A stretch of 62,586 bases of DNA, filler included, from Rhabdomonas costata (GCA_019059605.1; 37 parts of 37 records of this genome joined end to end with filler, not necessarily neighbours in it), one strand, 5' to 3'; positions 24,049 to 36,836 are shown, counted from the whole stretch's first letter. Notes: generated from the sequence alone by a model not told the origin. Translations and numbers: made by a program.

Positions 24049-25141
24049 AGTGAGCGTGACCATCCGGAGACCCTGCAGGTCGGTGGGGAAAGCTAAGCTC
24101 AGGTTCACAAGCACTCGCTTGCCCCACTCCACGACATATAGGGAAGGCCCGCTGATCAGTGGCGCAGCGTAGTCCGCTGTGCGCGTGTGTGCGTGCGTGT
24201 GTGCACGCGAGTGTGTAAATGCGCACGTATTGTGGTGGGAGGTCCTCCAGCCCTCCCCTGCAAAAGCGTCTACTGGAATCCCAGGGGACACGTGAATCAC
24301 CCTCCGAACCTCTGCAAACGTTACGATCTTTATGCGATGTCTGTAAATTTAATTTCCAATATTTATAACGATCATTATTACCAACTCTTTAGCGATCGTT
24401 TTAGGGGGGGGGGCGGATTATTGACTGATCCCTCAAATCACTTTAGGTCAGAAGGCGACGCAAGTGTGCAAGTACTTTTCCCAACAATCGTTGAAGGTTC
24501 GTCATAACAATTTAAAATTTCCAAACTATAGCAATCATTAGAAGATTCAAGTGACTATGATCCAAAAACACAACCGTGCGGGGAAAGAGTGGCGCAAAAG
24601 GGTTGCGCAGACCACCTTAGAGTCCAAAGTACAAAATCCAAAATCGTCCACTCATAGATGCGTCCCTTGTTCGACCACCGCAGCCCCTCTCAAATAGTTA
24701 GGGAGGTCCAAGCTGCACGAGAACCACCTACTAGACCGTATCACCAGAGAAACGTACATCCGCTTGTCTCTACGCACACGTGTCGACTTGTTTTTGTCGG
24801 CGTCTCGCGACACCGGTGACCTGCCACCCACCAGAGTGCCATTAAAGGAAAGCTGATCAAAGCCAAAGTGCGGTCTGTTAGGTGACCACACCAGCTGGGG
24901 CAAGGTCTCCAGCATTTTGTCAAGCATAACATTCTAACCGATACTCCGCCTTGGAGTGTGTGCGAGAGTGCGCGCGAGCCATCTCAAACCCGTGACATTG
25001 ACTTGGAAGGTCACCGTGGTGACCATGTTTCCTCCAGGGCTGTAGTAGTCTTGATCATCGACCGTGAGCTGCACCGTGTCAATGCCAACAAAGTATGGAT
25101 TCGGGTTGTACACCAGTACCTTGAGCGCAGGGTTCAAGACC
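24049..25141 (-). CDS. Cadherin-like/bacterial Ig-like repeat surface protein, internal exons
   Basis: Exons 25141-24990 (VLNPALKVLVYNPNPYFVGIDTVQLTVDDQDYYSPGG...FQVNVT) and 24176-24049 (ADYAAPLISGPS...), phase-1 GT-AG intron. Matches the LNxAL..L.Y.P...F.G.D.....V.D pattern. Confidence 0.7.
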
Positions 25142-26635
25142 CTGCAAAAACGGAAGCCAAGCAGTGGCCAAAGGAGTACAAAGAAGAAGCAATGTGTGAA
25201 AATCTTTTGAAAACCACGTCCCGAAAACAACCATCCAATCCAACGCAGTGATCAGCAGCGACCATACCAGTGTGAGGACGTGTATGGGGCAGGCAACCCA
25301 CAACCCCACACACACCCACCACNNNNNNNNNNNNNNNNNNNNNNNNNNNNNNNNNNNNNNNNNNNNTTAATTAATTAANNNNNNNNNNNNNNNNNNNNNN
25401 NNNNNNNNNNNNNNNNNNNNNNTTGTTTTTTGGGGGGGGGGGGGATGAAATTGTCGGCAGAGGTGCTTTGTGAGCACATTTTGCCCATTTTTGCCTACTT
25501 GGGGCTATTTTTTCCTAATCTTTGGCTATTTTTGAACCCTTTTTTTGTGTGTGTTTGAGGTCATATTTGACTCTTTTCGGGGGGCCTCCTGGAGAGTTTG
25601 CCAACGAGCAAGGGAAGATCATGGGGTACTGTGTCAGAATCAAAGAGAGTCCTAGGGCAAGGAAGGGATGCCAGAAAGTTTTATTTGCCATTTTCTACTA
25701 TGGAGAGTTTGCTTTTTGACTTCCTTTTTGTAATATAAATTGAGTATCTTGTGCTCAAATTGCACAGCGTAGTTTTTGTTATTTGTTTCCATGCAGCGTC
25801 GCTACGCTCCATGCGAATCGCCAAAATTACCGCAATACCGTTCTTCCTCCTGTACAAAGCTGTCGAAAGGCCATTTGAAAGGCAAATCCAGAACCACTTT
25901 GACATTACACTGGACCACAACCGCGGTCAGAGGGCGAAAATTGTACCTGGAAAGTTATTTTAGCATTGGAAACTTTTGTGCCACGCGTTTTGCAGGAATT
26001 AAGGCAGGAAACCTTTTATTGTGGCTTCAGTTGGGCTTCAGCGTGGCTTCAGGAGAAAACGTTTCGGGACCCTGGGATGAATAGGTTACCCCCGCAAGTA
26101 AGGCAGTCACCAAACAACCCAGATCCTGAGATGATGCCGCTAAGGCTGTTCAAGCATATGAACGCCATCCCTCCCCTCCCACCCCCCCTTTCTTCCCAAG
26201 AAGGATCCGTGGCCTGCAACCGCTGGCCCAACCAGCGGTGCGGTGGAGGCGTGGAGATACACCATGGGCGAATTAGGCATTTGAAAAATTTCCTGGACTA
26301 CATGGTTAATGATGGTTCATTCTCTTTCTTCTCATTATAGCCTCACCTCGCCTCACAGCCTCCTGAAATGACCTTGCTCGAGGAAAGTATTGACTTTTTG
26401 ATCTTAGCCCAGCCTCGGAGACACTTCGACATCCCATTGGAATGAAGACAGCCACCGTAGACTGGCCGTTGGATTACCCACTTGCTCGCTTCTGAGCGCT
26501 GTGACAAAAAGCAGACCTTCATTCCACAAACAGCTCTATTTTCTTCCATTTTTGCAGGGCTTGGTTCCGCCAGGAAGCTTTGGGAGGTCACTGCTCTCGA
26601 CAGGCCGCCACGTTGCGCACTTCTTCACTGCCCAG

Positions 26636-26835
26636 ACTATGAAGCCCTTCATCTTGTCTTCAACTTCCTGGCCCATCACCTCAGGTTCGGGCTGACGCTG
26701 GACGTGCGCACCATGCAACTCGGGAAGATGCGGACAGCCATGGCGCAGCCCGCCGACCCAGCCCTACAGTTCCGCAGTCATCCTTTGGACGTGGTGGTTT
26801 TATTGGACACTTCAGCCTCTATGCAAGATGCCTGA
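26636..26835 (+). CDS. Exon entering a von Willebrand A domain (MIDAS DxSxS); 3' boundary unresolved
   Basis: CAG acceptor at 26635. The frame ends PLDVVVLLDTSASMQDA followed by TGA. Confidence 0.6.
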
Positions 26836-27436
26836 CAAGCAGTTTCTGCTCAAAACTTGTGTGGTTTCCTGCCAGCGTTTCTTTCCTCTATCTTGTGTTG
26901 TGTGTGTTGTGTGTGGGAGAAGTTATGGAACGGGAGGCGAGTTTGCGCGAAGGTTCGTGATTTCGAGCTGCCCGCACCCTTTGCGCTTTGTGCTCATGTT
27001 TGCTGTTTCTGGTACTTNNNNNNNNNNNNNNNNNNNNNNNNNNNNNNNNNNNNNNNNNNNNTTAATTAATTAANNNNNNNNNNNNNNNNNNNNNNNNNNN
27101 NNNNNNNNNNNNNNNNNTTTTGTTTTTTATGTCAGAAAAATTCTTTGTGGTTTAGGTATTTTCTTATTTAGTTGTTTCTTGCAGCTGTGTCTCGCCCATA
27201 CATTGGTAGTAGCTACTTCGATTTCCGTTGTTCACGCGTTTGTGAGGTGTACGTTTCCCTTTTCGTGTCTGCGCCCTCTTCTGCTGTTTGTTTTGGGACA
27301 TTGGATTGCAGTGGTGTTTGGTTTTTGTGTTAGGTTTAAGTTTGTGCTTTTGCCCAGCGGCGTTTGCTTCGTTTTGCGTTTTGTGCTAGTTTGTGCATTG
27401 TTTTTCGAGTTCATTTCGGGGTCTCTACGTTTTCAG

Positions 27437-28389
27437 ATGAGCTGGACCTGTCCTACCTCATGCCCATGCTGCTGGAGTGCAAGGAGTACACCGGAGGAGA
27501 GGCCCAGATCCGGGAGTGCATGAAGGAGTACCAGCGGTTCCTGAAGCTGCACTTCGAGACGCACGAGCTGAAGCTGGTAGGTCCACTGCCGCTCCCTTGC
27601 TTGCTTCTTGGTTGGTGCGAACAAATTGAAGCTGTTTTCTCAAGTGGCAGTTGTTTGTTTTAACCTCACAGCCCACACATGCTTTTTTTTCCGTCAGGTG
27701 CCCTCCCGGCTGGTGGACTTGGTGTGGCATGCCCACGCCCTGCACACCCACCAGTACTTCCAGGACTGCCACGCGCTGTTCGGAAGAATGTTCTGGCACT
27801 TCCCTGAGTATGCCCTCCCTCTCTCTTCGTGGTTATCTCTCGGGGCGCGTTTCTCTTATTTCATTTTTGTGTTATTTTTGTGTTCACCCCATTTTCGTTT
27901 TTAGTGAGTCCGAAGGTATGCAGGTTTTTCTAGGGAAGTTGGGAGGTCTTGTCCCTTGTTTTCATTCTTTTTTTGGGCGTTTTTGCTTTCCTTGGAGTTG
28001 CCCGTCAAACCCTCCGGCTGCAGCGGGCAAGAAGCGGCACAAGATTGTACAGTATATATATATATGAGCCGTCAAAAATGGAAGTGACTGGCCTGGGGTG
28101 CAAGGACCAGCGCGCAGCCGTTTCCTGTGCTTCGGCTTAAGCCCCATCACATGTTGCCCACGCACATCTCTGTCAGGCTCCAGCCACCGGAATCGGAGGA
28201 TACCCCTCCCCCCATCCGTTCTGCTCTCTCAGGTACATTACGCTGCCCCCTTCGCAGCCCAGTGGGATCCCCGAGACAAACGAGCTGTACGCCAAGGTGT
28301 ACGGCGAGGAGCCCCCCAAGGCCGTCTGGGGGCCCGTGCCCCAGCCCACCCCAATGAGCCCGGCGAATTCTGAGAAGCCCACCAAGGAG
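27437..28389 (+). CDS. Glycine-rich-domain protein (GRDP/TIGR04222-like), internal exons
   Basis: Exons 27437-27576 (EYQRFLKL), 27698-27807 (VPSRLVDLVWHAHALHTHQYFQDC...WHFP) and 28233-28389 (ETNELYAKVYGEEPPKAVW). All GT-AG with consistent phases. Confidence 0.85.
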
Positions 28390-29242
28390 GTATCGTTGTG
28401 CTCTGGTGAACGGTAGAGAACACGCGCTTCGCGCAGAACGGTCTCTGAAACTGCACGCAATGATCAGGACAAAAGTCGTGGGCGGCAGACAGGAACGGAG
28501 AACGCGGAACAAACATCAAACAAACAATGGTGGTGAAGGGCAGACAAGAGAGAGAGAGAGAGAGTGTGTGTGTGTGTGTAAAGAAAACTCTGTGAAGGAA
28601 GTAAGGCTTGAGACGCGCATGTGGAGCCCGCGGAGCAAACGAAACGCATCTACAAACGCATTTTCCTTTCTTTTCCTATCCTATGCTCACTGCTGACCAA
28701 AACCCCAAAACCNNNNNNNNNNNNNNNNNNNNNNNNNNNNNNNNNNNNNNNNNNNNTTAATTAATTAANNNNNNNNNNNNNNNNNNNNNNNNNNNNNNNN
28801 NNNNNNNNNNNNGTGTTGCGGAGATGTTCACTTTACTGTCCAATCACCGCTTCCTTCTCAGGAGATTCCCTGTTCTACCACACTAGATTGCTGTCAACGG
28901 TGAACACACAGCCCACACAAAGAGAAGGGGTGGTGACAGGAAGTGTTGGAGACTCCACATGAATCAGCACCACTCTACGAGCCCCCAGCTTTCCCAAACA
29001 CGGCGCGCCTTTTCACAGGCTCACAGCAAATTACCCTCCCATACTCCCCATCGGCGCGACTCGCTCCTTCCGAAGCAGGAGGCAGTCAAAAAACACCAAA
29101 GGCGCAAAAGCGGGAGTGAGACGGGCGAAGCAGAGCGAAGAACAGGAGGGCCGTTAGAGAAAAATGACACAAGCGGAATGGGCATGGGACCCCAAAAAGA
29201 CGGCACCAATTCTGGGAGCACGACAATGTCCAGCACCCATCT

Positions 29243-30363
29243 CTAGCCGGAGGCGTTCTCCTTGCAGCCGACAACGGCCTCCTCGCCCATCGCCTGCCCA
29301 AAGGGCGTAGCAGCAAGCAAGGCAAGAACAAAGAGAGAGAGAGAGAGATGTGATGTGATGGAGGAAGCAAAGTGAAAGACTTTGCATTCCAGGGGCTCCT
29401 AACGAGAGAATGCACCACACATTCCCTTCACATCTGACGGAAATGCACCCCCAGCCCCACCACCTCCCAGGCATTAAGGGAAGGAATCAGCACCGTTTCT
29501 TCAACTCAGGACTTATGTTGGATGTTTCGAGAGAGAACTGGTACCTTCCTTCAACCCAACACTAAAACAAAATTCCCTTTTGCTTGCAATGTTTTGGTGC
29601 TCCAATAGCTGTTTTCCTTTCGTGCATTTCACACGGCAGCGTCCCAAACTTTCAGCCACCGTTAAACCCCTGCCTTCTCAACCATTAACCCAATCAACCC
29701 AATCAATACTGTTATACGCCATTCAAAGTCCTTCCCAGCTGCTGAATTTCGCCTCAGTCCCTGGGCTGAGAGTCATAGGCCAGCTCGAGGCTCTCGGTTG
29801 GCTCTCGGTTGCATTTGCTACCGAACCGGGTGGCGTTTTCTTTCAAGCACTCGGTAGAACATGCGACCATGGCCACGGTGAGCTCTGGGTGCAGGCAGCC
29901 GGATGGGTTTGGGCAATGACCTTTAAGAACAGGAAAAGGCATTCCCAGCATGAGTACGGATGAGCACGGATGATGCGCTATATGTTCGCTGCTTTGTATT
30001 TTTTACTCTCTTCTCCTGAACACATGACATGCTGTTGAAAGTTACCATGACCAGACAAAGACGATACGTGTGCGCATGTGTGGGTGGATGTTGAAGAAAT
30101 TTGGCTGCCGTTCGCAACACCCCCGCACACCTTGATGACCGAGATGGTTAGATCTTTTCCGCCGTCAAAGCCCTCGCGGATCTGCTTCCCCAGGTCTCCT
30201 GCTGGAAGGCGGACATCAGATTTCTCTGCGTTGGTGTTGTTGTCCAGCAGCACAACGAAAGGAGGGTCGTCGGTGGTGATGTCCATCAGAGAATACTCCG
30301 TGCGCACCACGTTGGGGACGTCAATGTTGTGCGAGGTGGGGCACAGCTCTTCCAGCTTCTTGC
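29243..30363 (-). CDS. eIF5A: Translation factor eIF5A, last two exons
   Basis: Exon 30363-30131 reads KKLEELCPTSHNIDVPNVVRTEYSLMDI...DVRLP...DLTISVIK. Exon 29293-29243 reads AMGEEAVVGCKENASG*. The GT-AG intron is 837 nt. Confidence 0.96.
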
Positions 30364-31198
30364 CTGAGGGAGCAGAGGAACGGTTGAAAAATTGAGCCCC
30401 ACCACCCNNNNNNNNNNNNNNNNNNNNNNNNNNNNNNNNNNNNNNNNNNNNTTAATTAATTAANNNNNNNNNNNNNNNNNNNNNNNNNNNNNNNNNNNNN
30501 NNNNNNNTTTGTTGTTGCAACCCTCGGAGTTGAATCATGTTGTGCTTCGTCGGTTTCAATTCACAATGGCCTGTTCTAATGCCCTGAAATCTGGAAGGGG
30601 GGCTCAAAAAAATGCCATTTCAACTTGCAAGCGACGATCTAGCCCGAGTTTTTTTCTTCTGCGTCTTCGTAGATTCCTGATACGTCACCTGTCAATGGTC
30701 TGTTCCTCCAAATTTGTGCTCCAAATGTTCAGACTGTACTACTCTCTTTTAGAATCTCTTTACCCTTTTTTTTTCACAACGCTTGCAAGCATGGGTATGG
30801 GTGTGATCGTTGCCCTTCCGAAACTCCTGGGACGCCGCCCCGCTGTTTCACTGCCTCACGCCCCTCCCCGTGGCCTTTTGATGATTATTCGGGTCTTCAG
30901 CAGATGAACGGAGACTTACCTCATTCCTCATCTTTTGACCGTCTCTGCGACAACTCATGGAAAATCGTATGGGAAAGGGGGGCGGCGATACATGCAGGGC
31001 ATACAGTGGCACCGCTTGGGCGCTTGGGCGATGCCATTCGGTTCAATGTTCTCTAGGAGTTTACCAGTAAAGTGATATATGTCTGTAATATTCAATACCC
31101 AATACCGACATCGCGCTACAGATACCTTGCGTGGAACTGTGAGAAGTCTCAGGCAATCCTCCAGTCTTCTGAATTTCATTGTTGTGTGCTGCCTGCAG

Positions 31199-31871
31199 GC
31201 CGCTGTGCTCCTCTCGGCCTCCGAGCTGGCTGTGCCCATTGGGCAGGCCCTGTTGCGGGGACTGCGCCCTCGCCCCGGTGCTGTCGTAGCCTCAAACCGT
31301 ATTCAGGTGTACGCTGCAGTGTCTGCGGAAGGGAAAGCTTCGGCTCTCTTGCGCTGCGGTTGGGCAGGTCCCAGAGCCTGCGATGATGGCATTCCCGGTG
31401 AGCGTGGAGCTGGCCCACCGAGGGGCGCCCCGCAGGCCTGAGATTCCCCTAAATGCGGTGATCTACGGAGGGTATTTTGATTTTCTGTTGGAAATGGGCA
31501 GAGTTGGTCATCTTGTTTGCATCGTGTTTTGTAGAAGCAGGTGAGACTACCGAGGGACACATGATAATATCCGACTGCACCTTGAAATTCAATAACAATA
31601 CGTTAACGCAATACAATGGATTCCTTTGGATGTTTGTATTTCTGGAGTGTGTGGGAGGATTGGGACAGTGACCCGTCCTACTCTAAGTGGCACCGGTGTC
31701 ATCAGTTGGGCACACGCAGGGACTAGACGGGCACCCTCGATCGTGGCGCTTGGCTTTTTCAGAGATCCCGTTTCGAAGGAGGCAGATATGATCTGTGTCA
31801 TCCTCCCTGCACGTATCTACGGCACCTCTGCTGCCGCCAGCGCGGCACTTTCCCTTCGAGCCTTTCACACG
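31199..31871 (+). CDS. Two exons of an unknown protein
   Basis: 31199-31397 and 31669-31871 are both open and joined by a phase-1 GT-AG intron. No family recognised. Confidence 0.45.
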
Positions 31872-32450
31872 GTGTGAGCTGCTCGCTGCATGCATCCTCT
31901 TTGCGCATCCTTTCTTAGTTTTCTAGTCATTGTTGTGGGCTGATTCTGCAAAGGTGGTGATCAGTGATCTCGAGTTCACAATATAGAAGGACGTTTCCTT
32001 CAATGATCGCACTCCAGGGAGCGAGGCGCTTGTGCTCACCTCTGCATGCCTGGGTACGTAACGCGTTTGTTTTCTCTGGGTCAAGAAACGGACCACACCC
32101 CCNNNNNNNNNNNNNNNNNNNNNNNNNNNNNNNNNNNNNNNNNNNNTTAATTAATTAANNNNNNNNNNNNNNNNNNNNNNNNNNNNNNNNNNNNNNNNNN
32201 NNGTTGGGGGTGGGACCCCCAACGGCAGTGTGTGTGTGCGTGCGAGGGGGGGGGGCAGCAAACTTTTCCTGTTTCCATCTTTAACGTTCTCTATTCCGCC
32301 TGTTCCATCAATTTTTCTCATTGCTGTCTCAAGTCAAAACATGCCCACCCACAACAAAGCAAAAACTGGCTTTAACCACTAACTTACCATGCGACTTCCA
32401 AACAGAAATGCGACGCGATCATAAAAATTGTCTCGCGGCAAAAACAATAC

Positions 32451-33783
32451 CATCAGCTTGTCCACCATCGTCCCAAAGAACGCCTGAATGTCCGATATCT
32501 CCTTGAAGCGGCTGGGCTTCTGCTGGATCACGTCCAGGTTCATCTCTGCAACCTCCTCCATCTGGTGGCTGAGCCGGATTAACGGCGCCGTCACCAGGTA
32601 CGAGATCAGCAGGCCGGCAGCCACGGCGAGAACGGCGATCGCGGTGCACGTATAGGCCATCATTCGACCAGCCGCAGCGTTGACGTCAGCGAACAGCTCC
32701 GTCAACGACATCACCACACTGACCTCCCAGACGAGCCCGTAGGGTAGAGTCATGGCCTGCCCGATGAGCTCGTACTGCTTAGCGCGATGGCTGAAGGTGA
32801 ACTGCGTGGTGGTGTTTGGGACGCCGCTGGCTGGTAGCCCTGTAAAAGCACAACAGACCATCGATTGCAAATGCAAGAGGGAAGATAAATGCAGCATCGA
32901 GTGAAAGATGCCACTTACACAAAAAGGAAAGAGAGAAACCCTTACCGTAATTTGACATCCGTTGCCCAGAGCGGAGCAGCTCCCCTGCACCGGCAATCGT
33001 CCCGTCATCGCTCTCCAACACCACAAGGCGAACATTGCTGCCGTCGGGTTTGGTCACAAACACCGACCCGTGGCTGGCCCCCGTCAGAAGGCCACTCCTC
33101 TCATAGCTGAAAATCCGACCCCCTAGGGAGAGCAGGCTGCTCTGCGTCACCAGGTTGTGCAGAAACTCCCCCAGAAACTTCAGCAGAAGGTCCTTCCCCA
33201 GCTGCCCCACACACCCCCCGTGGTCCCCCAGCACGCACACGTTGCACTGCAGGATCAGGAAGGTGGGCAGGGTGGGGGTGAAGTAGATCTCGGAGTACCC
33301 CGGGTTGAAGCGGTGGTTAGGACTGGACCGCCACCCCACGCTGCGGGTCAGCGCCCCCGTGAGAAGAGAGGGGGTCTGCATGTTGTCCACGTCGGGAAGG
33401 AACAATGCGATGTTGTCCCACTGGGGCATCAGCGTGAGCGGGTCCAAGGGATAGATCTCCTCCCCCATCAGACTGCGGAGAGGGAAGGGTTCAGCATTGG
33501 TGGAAGGGAAACATATATCTCGCTGCAGTCACTCTTGTGCACGCTCTCTTTCCGACTACGCAGAGAAAAGAATGGGTACACGCTTTACTGCGCACCGCAG
33601 GAGCAACGGTCTAGCAGACGGACGCCCACCTGCAGTTGCTGCCCGGGAATGTCGCCGTATCATTGCACACCGTCGCGTTCAGAGAGAAGAACACTCCAAG
33701 CCCCGCGGAGGGGTTGAAGGCCACCCCTCGCCCATGCCCAGGAACCCCAGGCCACTGCAGCACCGTCCACACGTACGTCCCCA
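32451..33783 (-). CDS. Receptor-type protein: Cache-like extracellular region, TM helix and HAMP domain (likely receptor nucleotide cyclase)
   Basis: Exons ~33783-33630, 33472-32946 and 32839-32451 with matching phases. The TM segment TAIAVLAVAAGLLISYLV is followed by HAMP TAPLIRLSHQMEEVAEMNLD...SRFKEISDIQAFFGTMVDKL. The output domain is not on the contig. Confidence 0.82.
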
Positions 33784-34287
33784 AACCACAAACACAANNN
33801 NNNNNNNNNNNNNNNNNNNNNNNNNNNNNNNNNNNNNNNNNTTAATTAATTAANNNNNNNNNNNNNNNNNNNNNNNNNNNNNNNNNNNNNNNNNNNNTGT
33901 GTAGGCGCGCCCTTGACCAGCAGGTTGCCGGCTTTGCCTTCGGCTTCTCTGCAGCAATTTACGGCGCGCAGAACTTTCGGGAACCTTTCCTTTTATCCTC
34001 CCAAGAAGCCCGTGTGTCGTCACAGGTTTTGTCCTGCTGTTTTGGTCTGTTTTTTTATACATCGCTGGCATTTAAAGTGCGCATCAGTGTTATTTAGAAG
34101 GTAGTGGGTGGGCATGGGTTTTTGTGCATTTGCCTCTGAAGTCTTCGGATAATTTTCTTCTTGTCGCTGATGCTTTTTCCACTCGCTTTCTCTGTGTAAG
34201 TATTCCCCGTCTTGTTTGCCTGAGCGGTTTGTTAGGTTTAGGTTGTTTTCTGTGGAGGGTTTGTTTGTTTTGTTCTCGTCATCGCAG

Positions 34288-35076
34288 AAACACCGGCGCC
34301 CACAAGGCTTCGGCGTTTGTGAATTATGGCTCCACAGCGGAGGCGCAAATTGCGATTGACAATTTGCACAACCTGCACGTTATCCCTCCAATGACGACGC
34401 CGCTTCAAGTGAAGTTTGCTCATGTTGCCGGTACGTTCTGTTTCGGGTGATGCCACGATTGTCATCCGTCAACTGGATGATTGAGAGCAGTGGCATTTGA
34501 AGAATAGAAGATGTTCCTCCGAACGTCTGTCTTCGACGCTGTCCCTGTCAAATGACGCAGTTCACGGGAAGTCTCCGGTTTGAATTTTGGTCCAAGGTGA
34601 GCAACTGAAGAGGCACCGAGCAACTTGGAGCGATTCATGCTGCATAAAGATTACCTTTCGAACAATAATCTTTCCACACGACGGGTAATTCCCCTGCTCC
34701 CTACTTTTTGCTCCTCCCACGCAGAGCCGAATGCTCACGGACACGGCCAGCGCAGCCCCAGTGGAATTAAGCTGTTTGTCGGGTCTTTGCCCCGAGAAAT
34801 GGTGCTTGATTTTCATTCTTGCGGTTGCATGAAAAGAAGCATTTTCGGGGATTTCGTCCCATTCCCTTCTCGAATGTCTCCGTGCAGCCCAAGGAAGAGG
34901 TGGAAAAGATTTTCAGCAAGTTTGGAGAGGTCGAAGAGATCCACATTTTCACCGAGAAAACCAGTGGGCAGAGCAAGGGTGCCGCCTTTGTGTACATGAA
35001 GGACCAGAAGTGCGCTGAGGAGGCGATGGACGCGCTCCACAACAAGCACACCGTGGCCCCCATGAACCGACCCTTG
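34288..35076 (+). CDS. CELF/Bruno/FCA-type RRM RNA-binding protein, internal exons
   Basis: Exons 34288-34430, 34725-34801 and 34888-35076. Motifs: HKASAFVNY...AIDNLHN...PLQVKFA, KLFVGSLP (RNP2) and SKGAAFVY (RNP1)...AMDALHNKHTVAPMNRPL. Confidence 0.92.
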
Positions 35077-36430
35077 GTTTGTGTATTGGTAACTTATTGT
35101 TGGAATGAAAAGGAAAAAACTCTCCGGCACGCCATGTTTTGCATTGTAAATCACCTGGAAAGCTGAAAGATGGAAGAGCTGAAACAGACCGCTTTGATAT
35201 GAGAAGCGTGAGTGGTGATGAGGCTTATGGAAAGAGAAATCATTCACCAGAAAAGCAAGCCTTCCGGATGCTTCCTGGATATCGGGCAGCTTTATCAAAT
35301 ATTTTTGTGAAAACCACCAGCCCCTAGAGAAGAAAGGGAAAGCAGAGCGCAGTGCCTTGGGGGTTGGCAGCGTCAGTGCATTGACATGGCGAGTCCCGGC
35401 GCAAGGGGGATTCGCTGTCGCCAGGGTTTGGACATTTGCGCCAACCCACCACCGAAACGCCGAGTATGTTGCTGCACAAAGGACCAAAAACANNNNNNNN
35501 NNNNNNNNNNNNNNNNNNNNNNNNNNNNNNNNNNNNTTAATTAATTAANNNNNNNNNNNNNNNNNNNNNNNNNNNNNNNNNNNNNNNNNNNNCCCCTCCC
35601 TCCCTGCGCTCAACAACAGGAACTTTATGTTCTGAGCTTGTGATTAGTATGAACATTCGTTTGACAGACGTTAAATACGTTATCGCACAATGCCGATTCC
35701 AACAGGTCCACGTGCAACCGTAAAGAAGCAAATAGCTAACATCAAAAAGGAATGAAGAGCGGCTTTGATAAAATGGAAAGAAATACTGACTTGGGAGGAG
35801 ATATGACACTTGATGGCATATGGAGAGGCGACTAACGAACGGGAGGGAGCGTTCGGCTGTGGGAAAGGGCGGCAAGAGCGTGGTTGAGGGATGAGGGATG
35901 AGCGGCCAGAGAAGGTACGCGCCGCCTTCACCGCCCGCCCTTCGGCACAGCTGAATTTCACGTTACCTTTTTCACGTTTTTCTCACTCTCTGGGAATGCA
36001 AGGGCAAATCTAAGAGAAATGCAACCTTTTGAGGTTTCTGCTGCGAAATCCTCAACTTTTATCGAAGAACGGCTTTGTCTGTGCAGAAAGGCATCCGCGT
36101 CCTGTGAGAAAAAAGGAATGTAATAACCCCTCCCTCCCTGCTTCTTATCAAAGCCTGAAAAAACAAAAGCAAGGCGTAAACCTGGCGGCAGCGCGAATGC
36201 AGTTTGCGCACGTTGATTATCGCAGCTTCGATTTTCGCAGTCTGCCCTTCAATATCTTTGCCCTTGGACCGCTCCGTCTGGATAGCACTTCTACGCAGGA
36301 AAAAGGGAAAATCCCCCCCCCCCACACCCCAAGTACGCGCGCTCCTGACTGTGACGCCAATGTGCGGAGGGGCGGGTCTGAGAAAGGGGTTTTAGTTCCC
36401 TTTGATGACTTGGAATTCTCAGCGGAGTCG

Positions 36431-36836
36431 AAAGCATTTGCTAACACTGACGCCACGGTGGTCCGATAGCAAAAAAAAGCTACCGAACCCTGACAGTCCG
36501 GTCGAACTCGGTAGCATTTGCTGTCGGACCGCTGATAGCATTTGCTACCGTCGGGACTTCGGGTGGGTAACAAAGGCTACCTACCGAGGTCGGGGCCCAA
36601 TAACGGATTTCACCCTTCAAAGTTTAATTTTAAAGTTCAAACCAGGGTTTGCCCCAAAGCACACGGAGGAGGCTTTCGCCGCGGCCGCCTTATCCAGTTT
36701 TTCAAACGTGATGCTCTTCGTAGCACATGCAACCGACGGTTTGAAAGCCAATGCTACCACGCGTCTTCCGGAAACAGGTCAAAAAGAATACAGAGCTCAG
36801 TAGCATTTCTCAGCGATTCGGGTGCTACCGAGTTCG
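36431..36836. repeat. Cluster of palindromic GTAGC-N4-GCTAC-like motifs with a 14-bp perfect inverted repeat
   Basis: About 9 full or half copies (near 36433, 36466, 36511, 36535, 36567, 36720, 36746, 36800, 36823). CGAACTCGGTAGCA (36503-36516) is inverted at 36823-36836. Confidence 0.8.

Noticed and set aside
36431-36836. CRISPR array
   Set aside because: Repeats are only about 14 bp, degenerate and irregularly spaced, with no cas genes and a eukaryotic context.
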